The notes beneath the pieces were generated by a model. It was not told the DNA's origin. It worked only from the letters and a program-made list of their open reading frames with translations, and searched no databases. 64,000 nt of DNA, taken from contig NW_026857242.1 in the NCBI RefSeq assembly GCF_026571515.1, positions 372,001-436,000 of the forward strand, read 5' to 3'. Below are positions 40,536 to 50,773 of the stretch, one piece after another; position 1 is the first letter of the stretch, and the number at the start of each line of letters is the position of its first letter. The DNA is from Ruditapes philippinarum (taxonomy: Eukaryota). The position numbers and the translations under genes were made by a program.

Positions 40536-41859
40536 TTAGGGTCCAATATATGTTTATGATGGTACATAACTGAATCATAAGTCAATTCACTTTGTTACTT
40601 AAGTGTGCCAATGAAAAAGGAAAAATTTCAATATGCTGTGGATTATGTCAATGCATAGAACTATGAGACTGAAAATATTTAAGCTGTAGAGCTGCTGTAT
40701 GGTATTCCAACGGTTCTGGTTTTTTTTGGTAGTGCTGAGGTATGGTATTCTGAGTGTCTCTGGTTTGAGTTTTAGTCAGGCTGCATTATTCATTTTCTCA
40801 CTCTTTGAAATTGATAAATATTTTCAGCTCATTATTGGCAGGACTGCATATATTAATGATTTATTTGTATTAAATCAATATTGTTAAATATTTAGTTATT
40901 GTCTATATATGTGACTTTATTTTTGATAAGGCATTGTAACAGTACTACTTTTTAATTTGACCTTTTTTGTATTAGGGGGAGAAGCCCTTAATTAACTCCT
41001 TACCAGTAAGTTTTATTGTACACGATGATGATAGCTTGAAAGGATTTAGCTAAAAAAGATACTACATGAATCATTTTTTTTCCTATTGGATTGTAAAATA
41101 TTTATTGATTGTCAAACAACTATATGGAGTTCTCCAGTCGGTGACATTAAACAGTCCCAGCTGGCCATACATGCAGGACCTTGCAGACCATGAGACAGGG
41201 TGGTCTGTACCAAGACAAATCCGATATCGAGACATGGTGGACAGGACAGACAGTGATGTTCAGATCCCCCACTCAGAAAGGAAGTTACTACACTCAAGGT
41301 CCTGGTCTTCAATTACTTCATTTGCTTACTTGGAGTAAAGGTGCCGGAAACAATAGTATGGTATCACAAAAAGCACAGACTGTGATAAAAGTCAAACCAA
41401 AAAAGATACTATAAACTGAATTCATAGATTATATAAAAGAAATTTATTAATTCTTTAAGTTTATAGTTAACATAAAAAAAAGATACTGAGTACATTTGTA
41501 TTTAATTTTGATATATAGCATATTACCACACATAAAGTGCATTATGCCGTATAAATTTCAACTTAGTGCTTAAATACTTTCTGATGCACTCAGTAAGCAA
41601 ACATGATTTACTAATCTTTGGATTCCCACACTCTTCTCCACCTAGCTCCAATGAGATCCACTTGGTTGACCATAACATGTACCATACCTCATATTGTTTG
41701 TTTACAGTTTGGAATGAAAAAAATGAAAGTTTATTCTAGATATTATAAAGCTTTTATTAAATTTCACAAGGCTTTCAAACACATCAACAATGTAATTGTC
41801 ATTTTATTTTTTGAAAATGTGTTGGACTGCTGGTCTGATGCATGTAGATGCTGTGTTGG

Positions 41860-42985
41860 CATATAGCGATTCTCCTCTTTTGTGTGTGTGTGCATGCATG
41901 CGTGCATGTGTGTGTGTTTTATACATTATATAGTTAACATCTTTGAAAACATCTTGTCGAATTTCAACCAAACTTGGCAGGGTTGTTCCATGAGTAAAGG
42001 GCTTCCAAAGTTGTTCAAAGACTTAAATGAGGCCTAGAGCATAGATATTTTACAAAAGGCATTGTCTGGTAGACATTCACAAGATTTTCACATTATATCC
42101 TGGGGGTCAAATTAGCCCTGCACTAGGGTTCATAGATTTTCCTGATATGTATGTAGTTAAAACTTAAAATCTTCTCCTCTGAATTGACAAAGACTAGAGG
42201 TTAGATATTTGTCATGAAACATTTGGTAGTTAACCTCTACCAAGATTATTCACGTTACAGCCCAAGGGTCAGAATTAGCCTCACCCCTGGGGTCATATAT
42301 TAAGGTTTTCCTTATATGTATATAGCAAAAACTTTTTAAAAAATCTTTTTATCAGAAAGTTTAAGGCTTAGAGCTTAGATACTTGGTAAATAATATCATC
42401 AGTACGTCCTTTACCAAAGTTGTTCAAATGTTGCCCCTAGTGAAATAGCACCAGGGTGTCATAGGTTTTCCTTAAATGTATAAACATGTATAGAAAAAAA
42501 AACATAAAAAATATTCTCCTCTGGATTGACAAAGGCTAGATGTTTGATATTTGGCATGAAACCTTTACATGTGTAGTAAACCTCTATCACTATTGTTCAA
42601 AATATAGCCCTGGGGTCAAAATGGCTGTGCCAAGGAGTCTTTTTAGGTTTTCATTATATGGTATGTATAAAGTAAAAAACTTTAAAAAAATCTTGTCTGA
42701 AGGTACAAGGTTTACCAGGCATCGTGGTGTCTTAGGATTTCCTTAAATGTATATACATGTATAGAAAAAAAACTTAAACAGTATTCTCCTCTGAATTGAC
42801 AAAGACTAGAGGTAAGATATTTGGCATGAAACATTGTGTAGTCGATCTCTACCAAGATTGTTTTAATTTTAGCCCTGGGATAAATATGCCTTGTGGGAGG
42901 GTTGGGGGGGGGGAGTCATTTATTTTCGTAATGTACTTGTAGTAAAAATTTAAGAATGTACAAGGCAAGAGCTTAGGGCTTTGAT
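41860..42985 (+). mobile_element. Helentron-associated (HINE-like) element with microsatellite head and internal ~170-bp tandem repeats
   Basis: (TG)n/(TGCA)n microsatellite at 41880-41918, then aatttcaaccaaacttggc, then repeated monomers (aatcttctc...tagatatttggcatg...ctctaccaagattg...cctggggtcaaa). This matches the architecture known for bivalve non-autonomous Helentron/pearl-like elements. Confidence 0.7.
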
Positions 42986-43547
42986 GCCTAAATTTTGTCA
43001 AGTACAAATGCTTTTATTTTGAATCAATAATTGCACTATGGAGTGCATTTTTTCCAGTGAATGCGTTTTGCATGTAAACAAAAATGTTCACCTAACTTTT
43101 AAGTCTTGCTGAATGATTCAATACCACATTTTTGTAGACTACAAACCCGCATGTTGGTCTTGTTTTTAAAGTAATAGATAAAAGCACTGAAGACTCTATT
43201 TTACTATTTCAGCATTGTATAATGCAGATAAAAAATCGGTCTTTGCAAACTGATTTCTGTATTGCTCTTCAGTTTCGCAAACCATATATAGTCTTGCCTG
43301 GAAAAACACAGCACTAGTCTGTAGGAACAACACCTCTTTCTTGTCCTATTAATAACTTGAGAAGAAATAAGCCTAGATTTGTGTTCGAAATTGACTGTAA
43401 CCAGAAGATGATTTCTATTGAGTTCAGTAGATTAAAATCACATGGTCTTGATGTCAAGCAATGTATACCTCAGTGCCTGCAGTGCTTTGATTCTTTATAT
43501 CGTCAAGGATAACCTTGTCCTCTCACTGTATCATATAGATTACATAT

Positions 43548-43742
43548 TAGATAAGTTATGATGAAAAAAAAAAGGATTGACTTTGTAATAGACCTATTTC
43601 ATGTATACCATGCTTATATCATGTCATTGATGTTATCATATATATGCACCATATATAATATACTAGATATGTTATGATGAATAAGAATAAGAATTGGCTT
43701 TATTTCATGTATACCATGCTTATATCATACCATTGATGTTAT
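43548..43742. repeat. diverged direct duplication (~115-bp period)
   Basis: tagat..gttatgatgaa...tatttcatgtataccatgcttatatcat..cattgatgttat occurs at about 43548 and 43664. Confidence 0.85.
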
Positions 43743-43746
43743 GTAA

Positions 43747-44524
43747 GTAATAGAAAGAGCACCGAAACACGAGGCTATCTGATTTGTACGAGGGGGCGTA
43801 GCCCCCGAGTATTAATCAGATTGCCGAGTGTTTTGGTGTTCTTTCTCTTTTGTATCATAGTCAAACATAAAAGCACGTTCCCTGTTGTCACAATATGAAA
43901 CCTCGGCAAAAAAGAACCAATGAACGAACATCTGAATATAACATTTCTGTCGCTTTCCCTTTCTCTGCCGTCACAATATGTAAACCCCAGCAAAAATGAG
44001 CCAATCAATGGGCATGCTCTGGAGTGCGGGTAACTAATACCCGCACTCCAGTTAACGCACTGTGCATGTATATGTATACGATTTAACCCTGACACATTTT
44101 CAACAGAAAGGTCTCCAAACTATGATACAACTACTGATTGTATCATAGTTTGGGGACCTTTCTGTTGAAAAAGTGTCCGAGTTAAATCGTATACTTATAC
44201 ATGCACAGTGCGGTAGCTGGAGTGCAGGTATCAGTTACCCGCACTCCAGATCATGCCCGTTGATTGGCTCATTTTTGCTGGGGTTTACATATTGTGACGG
44301 CAGAGGAAGGGAAAGCGGCAGAAATATCATATTCAGATGCTCGTTCATTGGTAACTTTTTCCCGGGGTTTAAAATTGTGACAACAGGGAACGTGTTTTTA
44401 TGTTTGACTATGATACAAAAGAGAAAAAAGAACACCCAAACACTCGGCAATCTGATTTATACTCGGGGGCTACGCCCCCTCGTACAAATCAGATAGCCTC
44501 GTGTTTCGGTGCTCTTTCTATTAC
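43747..44524. repeat. ~780-bp inverted duplication (two tail-to-tail copies of a hairpin-capped non-autonomous element)
   Basis: Arms 43747-44130 and 44138-44524 are reverse complements (roughly 90-95% identical) around a 7-bp spacer, ctactga. Confidence 0.95.
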
Positions 44525-45290
44525 CTGTATAATTTTTGTGTACTGATGGGCATACTGCATTTAATGAATAAAGTTTATCTATCTATCATATACATGTATA
44601 GATTTATATAATTGTTCTGGGTCCATTCGAATGAAAAAGACAGCATAAGAGGGCAATTTATCGCCTGCCAAAAAGCTTTAGTACACGATTATAATAAAAA
44701 CTCAAATGTCATTCGGGGATCATACAATGTTCCAGAATTGTACTTATACATGTGTTTAAAATGAACATAATAATCCTAACATTTAGATACTAGTTTTTGT
44801 CACAGACATGGTATCATCATATACAAAGAACTTGGTTTAAAGTTCATGTGTATTTGTAACATGTTTTTATCTATCAAAGAGAGGCACTCTCTAGATATCA
44901 GGAAATACTACTGACTGTTTTATTTCCGGGTTATAAATTAGGTTCTTAAATTAAGTGTGTATGTCAGCCAGATGAACTGTAATGAGTCAATATTGATACA
45001 TCTTAATTCTCCAGAAGTTCTCATGATTCTTGTCGGAAACATTCCAAGGTAGTTTGCTTGATTTTGAGCTGACACATTTACAGACTGTTTGCTATTGGCA
45101 CCGGAAGTAGACAATGAAACAAATGTAATTGAGAGTATTGATGTATCTTACATTAGGTATATGCAAAAGAAGAAGTTTGAGAAGGTTCAGAAAAATATTT
45201 TCTCTTGCAGAAAATCAGTCGTTTAGAAATCCGGCAAATTACTTCTTGTTGTACTGGAATCAATCAATTACATTTACAGTTAATATCTGG

Positions 45291-45422
45291 AAAACGTGAT
45301 CCCTCGGAAGCATAAAAAGGAGCAAATTAACATGAAAATTGCAGACTCGGTTTGATTGAGTCCCAATACCTAAGGGAGATTATGAAAAGGTGCAACATTC
45401 TCAAGACCCTTGCACCGGCTAG
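45291..45422 (-). mobile_element. MITE family B, arm fragment
   Basis: gtgatccctcggaagcat...catgaaaattgcagactcggtttgattgagt...gcaccggct is the reverse complement of the family B arm. Confidence 0.75.
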
Positions 45423-47633
45423 AGCAAACCATTAGCTGATTTTTTGTGTTTTTATCATCTTCCTGTTTGAGGGACCATTTCATATGGTTTACCGACATGT
45501 AAATATATATTCATTTCCGTTAAAACATAATTACACTCCAAAAACATATACTCTAATATCAGAACAAAACCTAAAAAAAAGGTTTACAATTTCGAGTTAT
45601 TTTTGTTCAATATGATCAATAATTGAAATAACTGAAATGCATTCGAGCTTTTTATTGTTCATTGATATTTACCCATTCATGTATTGTCATTTAATACAGT
45701 CTTTTACGGAAAATGTTAATAAGCATTAGCGAAACGCTCGATATCACCATCAATATAAAAACTTTATTTGCTGTGATTGCTTGAAGCATAAAGTTCAACA
45801 TATTCTTTTATACCCCCTTTCTTTTCGCAGTATATTAACATTTTGTTTTTAAATTCTAATGTGAAAAAAACGCAAAAGGCTATGTATATTGACAACACAT
45901 TTTCAAATTAAATCGTGACTGCAATTGTTAGTGGAAATAATTCTGTATGTGTTTGTAACAAAAATCATGACATACTTATTTCCCGGAAAAAATCTAAATA
46001 ATAATAATAATTGTTTACACAAGTAGTTATAGAAAATAAATTCATGATATGATATGGAAAACACGCCTGTTAGCTCACAGTGTATGTGTGTGTTCGTCAG
46101 ATAAAAATATATGTTAACGATATATGAATAACGTAAGGAATATTAATGTTAACCTTGTGGATGTATTTGATATTGTGAATTTAATTTTCTGCAAGTAAGT
46201 TTTAAAACAATTTTCAGTATATTTTACTTATTTATACATCATGCAATCTGATGCGATATACAAAATACTCCTTTTTTTCTTTAGACAAAAAGAAATATTT
46301 ATTAACTTTATTCTTTTCAAGATCTGCAAGATTTCCTCTATTCGCCTAAACTAATATTGATTGCCTTACCCAAAACACATTTTATTACACATTCAGTTTT
46401 CAGTAATTGAATAAAAGTTATAGATCAAACATGAAAGATGTATTTGAAAAGAATCAAACGTACCTTTTAAAGTTGATAAATTAGAAGAAATATGCTAAAA
46501 TTTGACCAGTGATACTTTGTTCGGCATTTGATAAAAGGACTAGGCTTGTCTGTTTAAGTCAATAGAAAACGCTGCATTAAATTATGTTAACTTGGTGAAT
46601 TAAACCATCTTATTTCCATAATAGAACTAAAATTATAACATCAAGTTTCTAGTGTATTGTGATGTGTTCCTCTATGACAAATTGTAATATTTAAGTATTC
46701 TAGTTTCAAAACTGAAAACCTTTCATCATTTGCAATCCCCTAATAGGCTGGTGTAATGAACTTTAAAGTACCATCCGAGATGAAAGAAGAATGAGATTAC
46801 AAATATTCATGTATGAAGCTTGTAGATATGTGGAATTTTGCTAAAGCATGGACGTTAACTTGCAATTACAAGTACCATTCATGAACAGGCTAAAATCAAA
46901 CCGAGCCTGCAACGTTTTCAATTTGGCGTTTTGGGCTTTCCTAAGATTCCGGGTTTTTTCTCTCTATCTTATTTTCTATATCGGTACAGAAAAGCTATTT
47001 TTCATTTATTTTATGCGTTTTGTAAATAATTATTTCTGTATTTTGATTATGGTATTAGTTTATAAAAACTGTATTATAGTTCGATTGTGCAGGAAGCTGT
47101 AAGTTGATAGACACATTCCCAAACTGTTTCTGCAAACAACTATTACTTAGCAGTTAAATTTCTTCCTTAAGGAAACAGCGGCTTGCACCTGGCGAAAGTG
47201 TTGTATTAAAGATACATGTAGAATGTTTAAAAGATTTACAGAATGGTGTAAAATTAAACGTGGGTTGCCTTTTGTAATATTGTTAACTTATAAAAGTATA
47301 ACGCATAATCAAGATTAAGGTACGACCTACTAAAGGTCTTATATCTTTTTAATTTAATATGAGATTAAGGATTTTGTTATAATAACACCCATAACAGATA
47401 ACACTTTTTCCTGGCACAGCATCTTAATAATAAGAACAAACTGTCAGATATTCTCCTAAGTTTAGAATTATTGTATATGATGTTAGCAGTGTATAAATTT
47501 GCCATCAGAATAAAAATGATCATTTAATAGTTTCATAAACTCTTGAACTGAAACTCTGTTGTATGAAACGCAATGATAAGCTTGGATAGGTATGCGATTA
47601 TTGTAAAATTTTGATGTAGATACTGTAGTATAA

Positions 47634-47834
47634 GAGTCTGCATGTGAGAAAGCAATCCAGGAAGCTTACAGAATGTCGGGATTGTGTTCAGGTACCCAAT
47701 TATACCTAAAATAATGTAAAAAGTTAAATTTCAAAACTGAAGGGGCACCTGAGGTCTTCCTACCTCCACCAGTAAATCTCGAAAGTCGCCATATGACCTT
47801 TACTTTGTTGGTGGGACGTAAAACTCTACCAAAA
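47634..47834 (+). mobile_element. 5'-truncated SINE (family S2) with 14-bp target-site duplication
   Basis: Exact direct repeat atactgtagtataa at 47620-47633 and 47835-47848. Body ggggcacctgaggtcttcc; 3' tail gtcgccatatgacct...gttggtgggacgtaaaac. Confidence 0.8.
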
Positions 47835-50273
47835 ATACTGTAGTATAATAGATATTTACTTAATTTCTAAATGTAAAATAAACATCTTATGATGTATACA
47901 CTTTGCTGTAATCTCTACACACGACAATAAGATATAATATGAATACATAGTGTCAACAAAAAACTTGTAGCAACTTTTTTAAGAAAGGACCGAATTGACT
48001 TGACCAGTAATAGGGAATGTAGCTTCTCAAACATAGTTTGTGATTTCTCTTATTCAAAGTATATACTCACTTTTTGTAAAATTTGGAAACAAATATAAGA
48101 ACGGACGATATGTAAAAAGCACTTTTCTTTCTCATGTTTATCTTCCAGAAAAATCAATCGACTTGTTACAAGGACAATCAACATACAATGTTTGCGCGAA
48201 CTCAGACATTTATATATTGTTGCTTGCCGCGCCTGTTTTATTATCCAATTCATCATATTTTCTCGTCTAATATTCTCCATTAGATTGGTGTAGTTATCAT
48301 TTAGATGTTTAGATGACCTGAGGTGTTACTGTAGCAGACGAACAGAAGCGATCAGTCCAATCCAATATTTGTCAATTCAAAATATTTATATAATCTTGAG
48401 CATGAGCCAGGAATACAAAGGAAGATTATATCCTTACTGCTTTTAGTACAAGTTACTTGTCTTTGAATATTTTATTGAATGAATTAACATAAGCTATGCG
48501 TATATGTAAACTAATACATTTGTAAATTACATAATTGACTGAAAACAATTGCCAGGAATATGTAATGAATGTGACATGTAACAAAATTATTGTCATACGA
48601 TCCTTTTAAATAGTTGAACAGTAAAATATTATACCGGAAGATATTGAATATCCTCAGATATAGCTCTGTCATATCATTATGCAATACTTCCGATGCATTC
48701 ATACATGTTTGTCGAGATACTTTTGAGATTTTGAGATTTTATATCATTTCGTTTATTTAAAATACGACAAACATTATATTGTGACAATGATTATGATAAA
48801 GAAAACAAGTAGCCATTTCCTTGGAAATAGTACGTTATAACCATATTTTGATTGAATATACAGCAGCTAACCGCATAATTCATACGATATGACATTATTA
48901 TGAGCATATTATTGTTGGACTAATTAATTCTTAGTTTACTTGCGGTGTTTGAGAATTAATCATAATGACATTTTCCCTATTAGGAATAGATTCTATGTTT
49001 TCCCGTCTTGTAAAACAAAACTGGGCGTTCGCATATCGTAGAAAACGATTTATACAAAAGTAAAAAGAGGTATATTTTGAGAAATTATGTATATAAATAA
49101 CGCAAATGAGAGGGAAGCGTCAAAGTGTTCCATGGGAAATAATCAAGAAAAAAGATCGTCTCTATCAGCGCCTTTGATTACCTCCAGTGTATAAGCTGTT
49201 GTAAGACTTCCTTATTGTACTCGTTTTATTGGTTGGACTGATATACAATCAGCTAGAGTTTCAGATCAATGCTTTAAACGATCAATGTATTGTTTAAACA
49301 AATAGAGAAGTGTTTAAAGTTCACGAGTTTTTTATGCTTTTTTCTTTCTTTTTTTTCGCATAATCTTTTTTATTTTATTTTTTTTTCATTATACATTTCA
49401 ATCATTTACGTTGACATTTTACAACCATATCTCAATGTTCACATCCTTTTTTGTATAAGTTTTATACAATTACAGTAAGTTTAATAGTTATAATTATAAT
49501 AAATTACAAAGCAATTAATATACACAATGACCTATCTTCTGTAATGTATTGAATACAAATGGATAAAACGAGAGAAATGTCAAACATTGTCACAATCGTA
49601 AATTTAGGCATTATGCCCCAAATTAGTACTTGCGTTATTTTATCCAATTACAAGTGACTTGTTTTCATATTGAAGCTGAGTAAAATTATAAGTTCTATGT
49701 ATGTTTTAGCAGTTTCCATTGGAAACAGGGATTCAATATCTCTTCATTCTTCAGTCTCTCATTCTATTATACATGCACTGACATGGCATTTTTACAAAAG
49801 AAAAATCAATCAATATTCATCTGATAAAAACGCTAACAACTGAAAAGTCACAGACAAACTTTCTTTCAGAGTGATCTCAGAAGCTTTTATGTAATGTAAA
49901 TATCTCTTTTGTATGTCATTGTGCACATTGTAATAAGTAATAATAAACGCTGCCGTCAACCAGGGCTTGGGGGAATTCATTATATTAGTTGGTTAAGCTA
50001 AGTGATCTTGCTGATAACGGTCCTATTATTATCTCGTACAATAATTTCTAAAACATGATATATACTCTAGATTGCATTCTTGTGTTGGGATACTAATTGA
50101 TAATGTCATAAATTGTAATTTCAGGTATTTCATACTTAATTTTCTTTCAAATTGATTTTTTGTTCTTCTTTTTAACATGCTGTAAAGTTTTACTTTAAAT
50201 AACATTATTACATTATGACTTTCATTAAATACTGTTTTATTAATATTTTTCTGAAATGGCCTCTTTGTATTTT

Positions 50274-50347
50274 GAGGGTTTAGAGCGAAACTGGTCTATC
50301 TGCTTCTTTTTCTTTAGAAAGATGAACCAGTTACGCTCTAAGCCCTC
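50274..50347. other. ~75-nt imperfect hairpin
   Basis: gagggtttagagcgaaactggtctatct pairs with agatgaaccagttacgctctaagccctc. Confidence 0.8.
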
Positions 50348-50375
50348 GATTAATTAGCTGAAAAGTATTATTCTT

Positions 50376-50617
50376 ATATGCGCCGCGTCATGAAAAATCA
50401 AACATATTGGGTTTGCGACCAGCATTGATCCACACCAGCCTGCACATCCGCGCAGTCTGATCAGGATCCATGCTGTTCGCTATCAGTTTCTGTACTTGTT
50501 ATAGAGTTGTAAGCGAACAGCATTGATCCTGATTAGACTGCGCGGATGCGCAGGCTGGTCTGGATCCATGCTGGTCGCAAACCCATTTTGTTGGTTTTGT
50601 CGTGACGCGGCTCATAT
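50376..50617. mobile_element. palindromic MITE family A, copy 3 (full length)
   Basis: Same family; ends 28 nt upstream of the HCN exon acceptor. Confidence 0.9.
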
Positions 50618-50680
50618 TAATGTACTACTTTAACTTTATTTTCAGGAATATTATATTTGGAAGTTCGGCCGAGAGTAACA

Positions 50681-50773
50681 ATGTCTCTCGAAGCGGGGTC
50701 ACCCACTGAACCTTACCGTGAAGACGCTAAATCAGACATGGATACAAGGAACGGAGACAAAGATAAATTACTG
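50681..50773 (+). CDS. HCN: HCN/Ih channel, first coding exon (exon 50646-50773; MSLEAGSPTEPYREDAKSDMDTRNGDKDKLL)
   Basis: Acceptor tttattttcag|G at 50645, ATG at 50681, 31 open codons, donor CTG|gtaagg after 50773. Phase 0, matching the phase-0 acceptor of the HCN exon at 56302. GC content is higher than the flanks. Confidence 0.7.

Noticed and set aside
43775-44496. Two similar 106/107-aa ORFs on opposite strands
   Set aside because: They are the two arms of the palindrome. They start with GTG, the many amino-acid changes suggest no purifying selection, and there is no domain.
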